IMG/VR virus record: IMGVR_UViG_3300042519_004024 | Coordinates: 1 to 64,000 of that record | Reading direction: 5' to 3' (one strand) | Length of the DNA: 64,000 bases | Part shown: positions 26,861 through 36,612 of the stretch, in pieces | How positions within the stretch are numbered: position 1 is the stretch's first letter | Layout of the letters: each line of letters begins with the position of its first letter | Position numbers and translations under genes: made by a program | The notes under the pieces: model-generated | Database searches by the model: none | What the model was told of the DNA's origin: nothing | The model's input: the letters and a program-made list of their open reading frames with translations, nothing else

Positions 26861-27264
26861 TACCAATTGAAGTCTTTTCTTTTATTAATTATTTCTCCTA
26901 TTTCTAAAGTAACGAATCCACCCCCAATAATGTTTCTTGCCTCCACCTGCAGTTCATAAATAAAGTTATCTAAATTGTTATATTCGTGTATTGAATCAAC
27001 ATAACAATTAACTTTTATGTGTATAACATCCATTTTATTTTTTTCAAAATAATCCATAGATGTTACTTTTGATACGTCTACTACTTTAATTTCTTCAATC
27101 ATATCTACAGGGTCACAAATAAGATTTTGATGTGATCTAATATAATATCCACCTTCACAATTTTCTTTTACCTGATCAAAAGCCATGTCAATAAGACTTT
27201 GCATGGAATCTGTATTTGACTCCAACAACATTTTATACTGACTTTCTGTTAATATTATTTTCAT
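26860..27264 (-). CDS. leader-bearing protein
   Basis: start moved to MKIILTESQYKMLLE (ATGA overlap). Confidence 0.8.
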   Translation of the reverse strand: MKIILTESQYKMLLESNTDSMQSLIDMAFDQVKENCEGGYYIRSHQNLICDPVDMIEEIKVVDVSKVTSMDYFEKNKMDVIHIKVNCYVDSIHEYNNLDNFIYELQVEARNIIGGGFVTLEIGEIINKRKDFNW

Positions 27265-27821
27265 TCTTTTATCCAACATAAATTTGTGTCAACCATTATT
27301 CCTGTTTTTTTAGTTACTTCTTGATATAATATATCTTCAATTATTCCCCTAATTTCACTATCAATTTCCCACCACAAGTCTTCATTTTCTTCTAAATCTT
27401 TTAAATAGTGGGTTTCGCCATCAGTCATTATTAAAGTTACTTTACCGTCACTTTCAATTGGTCCATTAACAAATATCAAATTATCTTCTTCATAGTCACT
27501 ATGAAACTGCGGTTTAAACTTAAAATTATATCCACCCCTAAAATCATAATCCATAGTGTCAAATGTTCTATCCATTAGTTGGAAAGCCTTTTCAATCATT
27601 TTATCCCAACCACCAAGAAAATCCCTATACATTTCGTAAATTTCTTTCCTGTCTTGTGGTTTATAATTTACGTAATCAGCAATTTTTGGATCGAAATCTA
27701 TCGTACCTGTACTATCCAATTCATTTTGCCAAAGTTTAAAAAACAACTTTTTAGCCATTTTATCTTCTTCAGAATAGGATTCTAATATTTTGTATTGTGA
27801 TTCAGTTATTATTATTTTCAT
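27261..27821 (-). CDS. leader-bearing protein
   Basis: MKIIITESQYKILE. Confidence 0.8.
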   Translation of the reverse strand: MKIIITESQYKILESYSEEDKMAKKLFFKLWQNELDSTGTIDFDPKIADYVNYKPQDRKEIYEMYRDFLGGWDKMIEKAFQLMDRTFDTMDYDFRGGYNFKFKPQFHSDYEEDNLIFVNGPIESDGKVTLIMTDGETHYLKDLEENEDLWWEIDSEIRGIIEDILYQEVTKKTGIMVDTNLCWIKE

Positions 27822-28393
27822 TATTTTACCATTAAATCTACATGTATTGGTAATCCAATAGGTTTTAATACTTTTGAAAAGTATGAATACGCCTCATCTC
27901 TTAAAAACTGTACGAAATCATCGGTGTCGTATTCTAATAGACTATACTGTTCAAATATATCCATGTTTGGTACCATATCCATCATTTCAGTATCTTCATT
28001 ATAAACATACCCATCAACCGTACCGTAAACAACTCTACATATAATATCAACCATACCACCTTGTTCTCTTTCGCCGTAAGAGTAAACTTCATCAATAAAA
28101 ATAACCATGTCTAAGTTACTATCTCCTTTTATTTGTATCTCATCGTGTTCTATTTCATCTTTGATTGATTGTAATAAATGTTTGTATCCACCTCTGTAAT
28201 CATACCATATAGGTCTTATCGTATTATAATCATCATTAGAATCTTTTCTAATGTCAGTAACATGATAAATGATATCATCTAAAACAGGTTCCATTCCTTG
28301 TTTTTTTTGGTTGTCCCAAAAAGAAAATAAAAACTGTCTAAGGTTATCCTCAGTCATTTTTTTATATTCGGCTTCTGTTAAAAATAGTTTCAT
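27821..28393 (-). CDS. leader-bearing protein, likely paralog of 27261..27821
   Basis: MKLFLTEAEYKKMTE; FLFSFW vs LFFKLW. Confidence 0.8.
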   Translation of the reverse strand: MKLFLTEAEYKKMTEDNLRQFLFSFWDNQKKQGMEPVLDDIIYHVTDIRKDSNDDYNTIRPIWYDYRGGYKHLLQSIKDEIEHDEIQIKGDSNLDMVIFIDEVYSYGEREQGGMVDIICRVVYGTVDGYVYNEDTEMMDMVPNMDIFEQYSLLEYDTDDFVQFLRDEAYSYFSKVLKPIGLPIHVDLMVK

Positions 28394-29247
28394 TATTTCT
28401 TGTTTGGCACAACATTTCCAAATTTATGTTTACCTATTGTTATAGTTGGTACCCACTTGGTTGTGTCGGTATTTTTAGTCCATGATGGTGTGACGTATGT
28501 TGCGTGATAATATTGAGCACCTCCCGTTATGTCACTAATAGAGTCTATCGATTTGGCTATTGTTATTGCGTTTTGCATTTGACTATGCTCTCTAAATTTG
28601 TCATAGACATCTTGTAAAACTTCATCCCCTTCATTATAATCATTCCACATTGAAAACTGATAATCAGCTAAAGCTTGACTTTGTGGTGTCGCTCCATAAC
28701 CATTGTGATTTGCGTCCGCTCTATTTTTTAAAACATTAGCAACCGCAGTCATTCCCTTAACCGGATTAGTTTCACCACCAGCTTCACCAATTAATGTACA
28801 AACTATTATTTTTTGAGTTTTTGTTAATTGATTAAAAAGTTTTAGTGCGTCACTTTTGGTTACTTTTTCTGATGTGGTTGTTACTTCTTTTTCAGGTGTA
28901 TCATTTTCAGGTGTTTCGTCCCCTTCTAATTTTTCAACAGTTTTTTTACCTATCTGAGTTCCTTTAACTTCACTGGGTTCCCAAAGTTTTTTAACAGCCT
29001 CTTGTGTTTTCTCACCGTAGTAACCATTATAGCTTTTAGTATCCAACAACCCTTTATCCTGTAACATTTTTTGTATTTTTACAATTGCTGAGGTTTCACT
29101 TGAATTGCAATACCCCTTTTCTATTATTGAACCATTTTTTACTTGATCTAATGTTATTAGTGTGTCTTCTTTTTTACCTTCAGGGCACGGGTTTGTAGAC
29201 TCCTTTAATAGAAGATTAAATTGACTTTCTGTTATTATTATTTTCAT
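28393..29247 (-). CDS. leader-fused peptidoglycan-binding domain plus SleB/Hydrolase_2 cell wall hydrolase
   Basis: VKIQKML..NGYYGEKTQEAV; TLIGEAGGE, AVANVLKNR, YQFSMWN, GAQYYHA. Confidence 0.85.
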   Translation of the reverse strand: MKIIITESQFNLLLKESTNPCPEGKKEDTLITLDQVKNGSIIEKGYCNSSETSAIVKIQKMLQDKGLLDTKSYNGYYGEKTQEAVKKLWEPSEVKGTQIGKKTVEKLEGDETPENDTPEKEVTTTSEKVTKSDALKLFNQLTKTQKIIVCTLIGEAGGETNPVKGMTAVANVLKNRADANHNGYGATPQSQALADYQFSMWNDYNEGDEVLQDVYDKFREHSQMQNAITIAKSIDSISDITGGAQYYHATYVTPSWTKNTDTTKWVPTITIGKHKFGNVVPNKK

Positions 29248-30776
29248 TCGCATATAACTTTTTCTTTTTCAACATAAGGTACTGTTTTTACCATAGGAAT
29301 TAATTCATCCTTATTTTTATATCTAAAAGTCCTTATTTCATTAATTTTTTCTTTTATTCTAAATCTAATTGATAGTCTTTTTTCGTTACAACCTCTTTGT
29401 CCTTTATTAGACCAATATAAATCGATGTACTCTATAGGTACAATAGTGTCATACTCATATATAATTCCACCTATTTGTGATTTTACTTTTTCTAAGTAAT
29501 CTGTAGCCGACGGGTTTGATACTAACCAGTCAAACACTCTCTGAATTAATTCATTATACATTTCAACATATTCTCCTTTGAATGCTATTTTTTCAGTTTC
29601 TTTAAATATTGAGAAAAATTCAGATAAGTAACTATCAATAAATGGATCCATTTTTTTTACTTCAAAATGTGTTCCTGATGGGAATATTAACTCACCGTTA
29701 TATGTCAAATCTTTTTTGCTAACAATGTCTGCTTTTAAATAATAAGATCCTTGTGTTAATGATTTTTCAATACATCTTGTCATCTGTTCAAAAACAATAT
29801 CTAAAGTTCTTTCTTCAGATTTAACTTGTGTTAGTATATCAAATAATGTTTGTTTTGCATCGTCATCACAATAATGATTTAATCTTAAAAATGTTGATTT
29901 TTTTTCAAAATGATCACCAACAAATCTTTGTTCGTATTTTTGATGTTCGGCAGTTTTTGCTTGTCTGGCTAAATCATCAACATCTTCAATTTCAATATCT
30001 TTTCTATTTTTTTGTCTATTAATGATTCTTTTTGTTTCAGTATCATCATAGTCATCATCCCAAACGAAATCAGAAATTAATTTTAAATAATTTATTGTTC
30101 TACCCTCATCTTTAAGTGCCAAATCAACTATAATTGGAAACATTCCTACATTTTTAAATCTAAAATACCTATCTAAATCTTCCATAGCAACATCTAACTC
30201 CACTTGTTCATCTTCACTTAATTTTTTTCTCATCTCGTAAAGACTACAAAACGGTTTATTTTCTTTTTGGTTATAACATAGTTTTTGAACTACGTTTTCA
30301 TATCTCTTTGCTAATTCATTAAGATGTTCGTATTGTTCTTCTGTAATAATTATATTAATTTTTTTTGAGTTATTAGACATCATAGACTCGTCAGTTTTTT
30401 CTTTCTTTTTTCCTTTTTCAGGTATTTCATGTTCTTTTGGTAAAATATCAATTCCTATTTTTTTACCAAATATTATTAAAAATGGTGTTACAGGAATTGG
30501 TATTGGGATTATTGAGATAACAATCATTAATAAATTTTTAATTACGTCTCCTGATTGTCCTTGGATAAACTCAACATCTTTTTTATCTAAATCAAACTCT
30601 CTTGTTTTTGAATATGATTTAACTGCATGGGTTAATATTCGAGCCAATGCCCTTGTTTCTTCCATTTCAGACTTTGCTCTACTTTTAATGTCTTTGAATT
30701 TGGATAATATTTTTTTTAATACTCCTTCTTCACTTTTATTTTCGGATAGTAATAAATCCCTTTTTTTAAATTCCAT
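29244..30776 (-). CDS. two-part protein with an internal leader; C-terminal PD-(D/E)xK-like motif
   Basis: internal KKINIIITEEQYEHLNE; KAD..FEVK; TATTTAT 4 nt upstream. Confidence 0.7.
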   Translation of the reverse strand: MEFKKRDLLLSENKSEEGVLKKILSKFKDIKSRAKSEMEETRALARILTHAVKSYSKTREFDLDKKDVEFIQGQSGDVIKNLLMIVISIIPIPIPVTPFLIIFGKKIGIDILPKEHEIPEKGKKKEKTDESMMSNNSKKINIIITEEQYEHLNELAKRYENVVQKLCYNQKENKPFCSLYEMRKKLSEDEQVELDVAMEDLDRYFRFKNVGMFPIIVDLALKDEGRTINYLKLISDFVWDDDYDDTETKRIINRQKNRKDIEIEDVDDLARQAKTAEHQKYEQRFVGDHFEKKSTFLRLNHYCDDDAKQTLFDILTQVKSEERTLDIVFEQMTRCIEKSLTQGSYYLKADIVSKKDLTYNGELIFPSGTHFEVKKMDPFIDSYLSEFFSIFKETEKIAFKGEYVEMYNELIQRVFDWLVSNPSATDYLEKVKSQIGGIIYEYDTIVPIEYIDLYWSNKGQRGCNEKRLSIRFRIKEKINEIRTFRYKNKDELIPMVKTVPYVEKEKVICE

Positions 30777-30796
30777 AATAATAAATACCATAAAAA

Positions 30797-30827
30797 CAAA
30801 AAAAGTCAGGAGTTAATCCTGACTTTT
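30797..30827 (-). terminator. intrinsic terminator
   Basis: AAAAGTCAGG/CCTGACTTTT. Confidence 0.75.
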
Positions 30828-30845
30828 GATATATAATGGATGGGT

Positions 30846-31097
30846 TTAAACTAACCCGTAAAGTGCCGCCTTATCACCCATCAATTCTATTGCTTTAGCA
30901 ACCGCCTCATCTTTAGTTTTTAAATTACCTAAGGACAGTTTTTTTGCGTGTAGGATATTATACACTGTAGATTTTACATCACCTTTAGTGAACTTATACT
31001 TACTTTCTTTTTTTGGTTTCATTGTGTCCTTAGCGTAGATGTCCAAGTAACCAACTTTGCAAATGTAACGTCCTTTGTTTCCTGATTTTGTTGCCAT
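30846..31097 (-). CDS. small basic hypothetical protein
   Basis: 83 aa; host-type promoter upstream. Confidence 0.75.
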   Translation of the reverse strand: MATKSGNKGRYICKVGYLDIYAKDTMKPKKESKYKFTKGDVKSTVYNILHAKKLSLGNLKTKDEAVAKAIELMGDKAALYGLV

Positions 31098-31135
31098 AAT
31101 TTTTCTTGTTTATGTTTAAATAATTAATACTTGTA

Positions 31136-31167
31136 CAAATATATATATTCTTTTTTGATTAATCAAA
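31136..31167 (-). promoter_or_regulatory. Bacteroidota-type promoter TTTG-N20-TATATTTG
   Basis: consensus match. Confidence 0.75.
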
Positions 31168-31170
31168 CAA

Positions 31171-31833
31171 TCATTCTAAATTTCTTTTGTTAAAATGAAA
31201 GTTATAGTATGGCGTCATACGCTCATCATTATATAAACCCATCATTTCAAGTGTATTAAGTAATTCAACGGAAATTTCGTGTCTATACATTTGTGTTATT
31301 TTATATTCTTTTCCGTCTTTTTTATCAACATCAATGAATAGTTGTAATATTGGTCTTCTAACCCCTTCGTTTTGTTTTAAAAAATAATCATGTAAACTAA
31401 AATCTAAAGGTATCCCCTCACCGTATGTTTCTGAAAGTTGTGACATAACTTTAATTGCTATTTTTATACCTTCAATATTAAACCCATTCTTTTCTATTTC
31501 TTCTTCTTTAGATTCTTTTAAATGTTTCTTTCTTCCTTGGCAATGTGCTCTTTGTGAGAAACCTTTTGGGTTACTACAGTTAATACTTTTTTTATATTTT
31601 TCAGTCCACTTCTCTGTAACCTCTTCTTCTTTTTTATAGTTTTTCCAAAAGTTTTCAAGTTCTTCGTAGTTATGTTTTTCTTTTGCAGAATCATAACCAC
31701 ACATATGACAAAGATATGGGTGTTTGTATTCTTTTTCTATTTTCCAAGAATGGTTACACTTTTCACAACTAAATTTTTTAGTTGCGTTTTCTCTAATTTC
31801 TTCTAATTGTTTTTGCGTTATTATTACTTTCAT
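31171..31833 (-). CDS. leader-bearing modular protein: Zn ribbon, Cys mini-module and third module
   Basis: MKVIITQKQLEEIRE; CEKC..CHMC; VTE-KW..SINCSNPKGFSQRAHC..LKE. Confidence 0.75.
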   Translation of the reverse strand: MKVIITQKQLEEIRENATKKFSCEKCNHSWKIEKEYKHPYLCHMCGYDSAKEKHNYEELENFWKNYKKEEEVTEKWTEKYKKSINCSNPKGFSQRAHCQGRKKHLKESKEEEIEKNGFNIEGIKIAIKVMSQLSETYGEGIPLDFSLHDYFLKQNEGVRRPILQLFIDVDKKDGKEYKITQMYRHEISVELLNTLEMMGLYNDERMTPYYNFHFNKRNLE

Positions 31834-32960
31834 TAGATATAATCGTGAAACATTTCATTTATGTTTTTTTTAGTTAAACTCCAATCAGGGTATTCAGGTA
31901 TTCTAAAATCAATACATTCAATGTAATCATTGTAAATCATAGAATTAATTAACTCTTCAAAACTACCATAATAATCTAACTGTGAATCGTTGTACCCACT
32001 TCCTTTATTGTTATCTAAAAAATTTGATACTAAACTTATGAAGTTATTTATTTTAATGTAATTATCATATTTAGTAATTGTGGTGCCGTCACTTCTTTTT
32101 ACTTGTCTTGGTGTTTCTTCTATTCTTCCTTCAAAATATTCATTTAAACCTTCATATACTAAAGAATAAACCTCATCTTCATACGCACTATTTTCTGCCC
32201 AATGATATAAACTTCTTAGATTAGAACCCAATTCCTCTAAGTCTTTTTTACATAATTCGTTAATTGCATTTTCGTCTTTTAATAAATCATCTAAATCTTC
32301 ACTTCTTATAATAAAATAATCTTCAGTTCCTTGTTCTTCTGATAATTGTTCAAAAAAATCAGAATCATAATCTTCAAGAGACATTTCTTGATTTCCTATT
32401 TCTTTAAAAATAATGTTTTTTAAAGATGCAAAGTTAGATTCGTCTAACTCATCTATGGTATCACTAGGGTTTCTATCGTAATCAAAATACCAATCGTGTC
32501 CTAAACCCTCTTCACTAAATATTTGTTTTGCAACGTCTTTAGCTCCATAATCATTTCGTCCACCACCACAAAAGAATTTAGATAAATCTTCACGGTCCCT
32601 TAAATATAAATAAAACCCGTCTTTTCTTACTTGAACGTCGGTTAATAAATTTTGTGTTATATACTCAACGGCCCATTCGTAATTATGTTCTAAATGGTGA
32701 AGTAAAAAGTGATTTTTAAATTCTTCAGGAATGTAGTCATAGTTAGTATTTGATAAAATGTCGTTTTCAACTAAAAACTCAAACAGTTCATCATCAAAAT
32801 CTCTAGATGGTATTTCACCTAAATCAATTTCATCTAATAAATTATATTTTTTTACATAATTTAAAAATGTCATTAAATCATTGAAGTAAGGTTCAATTTC
32901 GTCTACAAATTGTCCATTATTAAATTTTTGTATTAAGTCCCTTACAGCATCTAAACTCAT
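31833..32960 (-). CDS. large acidic hypothetical protein
   Basis: 375 aa ORF. Confidence 0.8.
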   Translation of the reverse strand: MSLDAVRDLIQKFNNGQFVDEIEPYFNDLMTFLNYVKKYNLLDEIDLGEIPSRDFDDELFEFLVENDILSNTNYDYIPEEFKNHFLLHHLEHNYEWAVEYITQNLLTDVQVRKDGFYLYLRDREDLSKFFCGGGRNDYGAKDVAKQIFSEEGLGHDWYFDYDRNPSDTIDELDESNFASLKNIIFKEIGNQEMSLEDYDSDFFEQLSEEQGTEDYFIIRSEDLDDLLKDENAINELCKKDLEELGSNLRSLYHWAENSAYEDEVYSLVYEGLNEYFEGRIEETPRQVKRSDGTTITKYDNYIKINNFISLVSNFLDNNKGSGYNDSQLDYYGSFEELINSMIYNDYIECIDFRIPEYPDWSLTKKNINEMFHDYI

Positions 32961-32962
32961 TA

Positions 32963-33835
32963 TTAAAATTGTATTGGCTCTTCTTCAAATTGAATGTTTT
33001 TATCGTCTAATATTGTGAACTTACCTTCTGTCTTTTTAAAAACGTAAACTTCGTCTTTATCTGAGGAGGCGAACACAAAATAATCAACAGGTTTTTTATC
33101 TAAATTTTTTATATTGTAACTTTCTATTTTATAACCATTTTTAATTTTTTCAATACTACCTAAAGGTTTAACTTGAAACTTAGCTTCATCGTTATTTTTA
33201 TTAACCATTACAAAGTCAACTCCGTCTCTATCTTTTTTAGAACCAGGTACCGACCTTCCTTTTAGTTTCCAACCCTTTATATTTTTTAAAACGTCACTTA
33301 AAAAGTCATAAGCCTTTCTTTCGTTTAACTCTCCTTGATATAGAGATTCTACGTTTTTTTGTATTAAGTCGTTTAATATTGGTCCGTTTTTAAAAATTTT
33401 ATTTCGGTTTTTTGACATCCACTTTATGAACTCTTCCATTACTTTAGTGTTATCCATAATTTTACCGGTTTCTTTTTCATATAAACCAACAATAGTGTTT
33501 CTAACTTGTGGATTTGTGTCAAAATAATTTAATATTGACCAATCACCACCTTCTGGATCATAATCAGTTAGACCCTTTTTTTGTAATAAATCATAAACGG
33601 TGTGAACGTTAACAACACCTCCACCACCACCAGGCCCTCGACTTCTATCACTATCCCAATTTGATTTATATAAATCTTTTAAAATGAAATATACTTTTTC
33701 TTTAAACCGTAATGTAAATTCATCTGAATTTAAATTAATGGGGGTGGCATCACCAGTAAAAAGAGAAAGTTGATCATCATTTTCAACCAACATTAACTCT
33801 TTAATTCTATTTATATTTTCTTGTAATTTTTCCAT
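32963..33835 (-). CDS. leader-fused PD-(D/E)xK nuclease-like protein
   Basis: MEKLQENINRIKELMLVE; GELNE..GVDFV..FQVKP. Confidence 0.6.
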   Translation of the reverse strand: MEKLQENINRIKELMLVENDDQLSLFTGDATPINLNSDEFTLRFKEKVYFILKDLYKSNWDSDRSRGPGGGGGVVNVHTVYDLLQKKGLTDYDPEGGDWSILNYFDTNPQVRNTIVGLYEKETGKIMDNTKVMEEFIKWMSKNRNKIFKNGPILNDLIQKNVESLYQGELNERKAYDFLSDVLKNIKGWKLKGRSVPGSKKDRDGVDFVMVNKNNDEAKFQVKPLGSIEKIKNGYKIESYNIKNLDKKPVDYFVFASSDKDEVYVFKKTEGKFTILDDKNIQFEEEPIQF

Positions 33836-34593
33836 TAAATTATTTTAACTTCAGTAATCTCTTGATGTTCTGTATCTTCGTAATATTGTGAATGTGATAT
33901 AGTTACTTTCTTTTCTTCTAAATTTATTGTTACTGTTCCATCAGCACCTTCGTTATTTTCCCAACCACCAAAAAATAAATCAATAATTTCGTATGCAATA
34001 TTTAAAACATCGTCGTTATATGATAAACTACTATCTATTTCACCACTATCTCCGTAACCATTATATGGGAATTCAAAAAAAGTTTCTCCATTATGTTTAT
34101 TAATTAACTCTTGAATGTATTCATCACTTTTTAATTTTGTATATACACGGTCTTGATTAGCAGCATACCATGGTAATGGTTGGTTAAAAATTTCATCAAA
34201 TGTTTTATTTTGATAAAAATCTTCAGACTTTTTTACATATGCATCAAATCCTAATGTAAAAATTTTTGTTTGTGGGTTATATGTTAAATATATACTACCG
34301 TTTCTTGCATATTCATCATCTAAATAATCATAAAAATTATCTTCATTTTGTTTAACAATATTATCTGCAAGCTCGCACATGATATCATAACCAGGATCTT
34401 CAGGTGCCAACTCATCTTTTCTTTCCCATCCATGACTTATATTTGGTGTTGGTCCATCTAAGCTCTCCATCCCATCATCATAATATATGTAACTAGTCCA
34501 ACTAACACCATTATCCCCTAAAACAGCGTTTAAATATAAATTATATTTATCAAATATTTTTTTTTGTTCTTCGTTTAGTTTTATTTGTTCCAT
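33835..34593 (-). CDS. protein with C-terminal DUF6878-like domain
   Basis: YNGYGDSGEI, GWENNEGADG. Confidence 0.6.
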   Translation of the reverse strand: MEQIKLNEEQKKIFDKYNLYLNAVLGDNGVSWTSYIYYDDGMESLDGPTPNISHGWERKDELAPEDPGYDIMCELADNIVKQNEDNFYDYLDDEYARNGSIYLTYNPQTKIFTLGFDAYVKKSEDFYQNKTFDEIFNQPLPWYAANQDRVYTKLKSDEYIQELINKHNGETFFEFPYNGYGDSGEIDSSLSYNDDVLNIAYEIIDLFFGGWENNEGADGTVTINLEEKKVTISHSQYYEDTEHQEITEVKII

Positions 34594-34596
34594 ATA

Positions 34597-35061
34597 TTAA
34601 CCAATTTTTTTTATTCGTTCTATTTCATCATCAGTTATTTCAGTGTCATGTACATCGGTATCAAAATTATTTCCTTCGTAATAATAGTACTCATCAGTAT
34701 TATTTAGTTGATATAACATATCAGAATCAACAGGATAATAACTATCAATTATTGATGAGTAATAATTAGTTTGATACCTTCTTTCTGTTTCTGAATGTAT
34801 AACCTCATATTTACCTAATGTCGGTTTCACTATTGGTTCTGTTTCATAGTCAGGATTAAGGTTCCATAATTGAATAAAAAAAGATCTATCTGTATAAGTT
34901 TTTAATTCAATACCAAAATACCCACAAATACTATTTATTTCTTGCTCACAATCAATATCAAATGGTTCATAATCAAAATCGCAATCTCCGTCATCTTGTC
35001 GTTTATGCATTTCTTGAAGTATCATTTTTAAAACGTTATCAGGAAGTGTGCTATAATCCAT
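34597..35061 (-). CDS. acidic hypothetical protein
   Basis: 154 aa; TATTTAT at 35076-35082. Confidence 0.75.
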   Translation of the reverse strand: MDYSTLPDNVLKMILQEMHKRQDDGDCDFDYEPFDIDCEQEINSICGYFGIELKTYTDRSFFIQLWNLNPDYETEPIVKPTLGKYEVIHSETERRYQTNYYSSIIDSYYPVDSDMLYQLNNTDEYYYYEGNNFDTDVHDTEITDDEIERIKKIG

Positions 35062-35096
35062 AAGTTTTTTTAATTATAAATATATCTTAATTACTT

Positions 35097-35450
35097 TTAG
35101 TCTTCAAACTCTAACTTTTGAGTTCGTGTTGCCCATAAAGGTCTTTGTTTATTTTCTATAATTAAGAACCATTCTCTTGCTGTTGGTATATATCCATCAC
35201 AATCTTCTTTTACATGTTGCTCTCCAACATATCGAGTATAAACAGTTTTACCGTCACTATTTTTAAATTCAGCACCAAACCTTTGTTCCATCTCAAAAAT
35301 ACCTTCTGAGTGGTGTCTCCACATCCTGTGAAAGGAATGTCCGTACCATCCCTTAGTTTCGTCCATCCAGTTATGAAGGTGGATATAATCTTCCCAAATT
35401 CCTCCAAACTTTTTGGCAGAACTTTTTGCATGTAATATTGGGTGAGCCAT
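35097..35450 (-). CDS. DUF6915-like His-rich protein
   Basis: MAHPILHAKSSAKKFGG..RHHSEGIF..VGEQHVKED. Confidence 0.7.
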   Translation of the reverse strand: MAHPILHAKSSAKKFGGIWEDYIHLHNWMDETKGWYGHSFHRMWRHHSEGIFEMEQRFGAEFKNSDGKTVYTRYVGEQHVKEDCDGYIPTAREWFLIIENKQRPLWATRTQKLEFED

Positions 35451-35467
35451 AATATTTTTTGATTTAA

Positions 35468-35869
35468 TTATAAGTTTTTTTCATCGGAAGGTAAATTAAC
35501 ATATTCTTCTTCACCATAAAAAGTTAGATATATTGATATTGGAAAATCTTTTAACTTGTCTTCGTAGATTGCACTTTCTAATGTTTGTATATACCATTCA
35601 CGATCATCGTAATTGTTTTCAACCCAATCGTAGTAATAGTCATCACCGTCTCTTTGTATGTCACTTATTATAACGTTAATACCCGCAACGGTTCTATCAC
35701 CTTCACCTAAAACTTTACCAACTTCCATATAATATTTGAAGGTGTACTTTTCATAAACCGACTCGTCGTCATTCCAACTATTCACCTCGTCTTCAAAAGA
35801 AGTTTCATGTTCTTGGTTTTCGTAAAGTTTTTTAAGTATGTTTTTTATTTTTAAGTTTTCTTCTATCAT
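35468..35869 (-). CDS. acidic hypothetical protein with weak leader
   Basis: KIKNILKKLYE. Confidence 0.7.
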   Translation of the reverse strand: MIEENLKIKNILKKLYENQEHETSFEDEVNSWNDDESVYEKYTFKYYMEVGKVLGEGDRTVAGINVIISDIQRDGDDYYYDWVENNYDDREWYIQTLESAIYEDKLKDFPISIYLTFYGEEEYVNLPSDEKNL

Positions 35870-35871
35870 GA

Positions 35872-36225
35872 TTATTTTTTTGGCATTATAAAATTTAAAA
35901 AGTGTCTAATTGTTTTAATTATTCTTTGTCTATTTTTATCTAAATAATTAGTGTTGTACACTCCTAAATCAGCTATTTCATTCTCCTCTAACATATTAAT
36001 GATTTTTCTTTCCATATCTTTTCTACTACTAAAAGAATTAAATCCGTAACCTGGTAAATCACTGAATGAAATCTCTATAACATTAATTGGATATTCGTCG
36101 TCACCAATTTGCCTTTCTTTTTTTTCCGCCCTTCTTAATAGAAAATTCATAAGTTTTCTATCAATTTCTTCATGTTTGTTTGTAATGTCTTCTTTGTCAG
36201 ACTCAAATAAAAAAATTCTTTCCAT
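35872..36225 (-). CDS. leader-like protein
   Basis: MERIFLFESDKEDITNKH; TATTTAT 4 nt upstream. Confidence 0.7.
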   Translation of the reverse strand: MERIFLFESDKEDITNKHEEIDRKLMNFLLRRAEKKERQIGDDEYPINVIEISFSDLPGYGFNSFSSRKDMERKIINMLEENEIADLGVYNTNYLDKNRQRIIKTIRHFLNFIMPKK

Positions 36226-36237
36226 AATCATAAATAC

Positions 36238-36594
36238 CTATTCGTTTAGTATTGGGAATTCATCAACTAATTCATTAAACGCAAAGTTAACTGGAATATT
36301 TTCTTCTAATAGGATATTGAAGAAATCTTTTGATTTTTTTTCTGTGATAATGTCAAAAAAAAGTTTAGCTAGTTCTGATTGAAAATCTTTATGGTGATAT
36401 GGTAACCCGGTTATTTCTTCTATTTTACCCCAAACCAACGTAATCTTTACTCTACCAACTCTACCGATATCTATGTAGTTTCTTTTACTATAAGTTTCGT
36501 TAGAATCATGTAACATAATTTGTTTATGTTTAGGATCATAAGTTATTTCATAAAAATTCCTGACATAATCTCTTATTGCGTTTTTTATTGCCAT
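36238..36594 (-). CDS. hypothetical protein
   Basis: 118 aa; TATTTAT 5 nt upstream. Confidence 0.7.
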   Translation of the reverse strand: MAIKNAIRDYVRNFYEITYDPKHKQIMLHDSNETYSKRNYIDIGRVGRVKITLVWGKIEEITGLPYHHKDFQSELAKLFFDIITEKKSKDFFNILLEENIPVNFAFNELVDEFPILNE

Positions 36595-36612
36595 ATAAGA
36601 TAAATATGTTTT

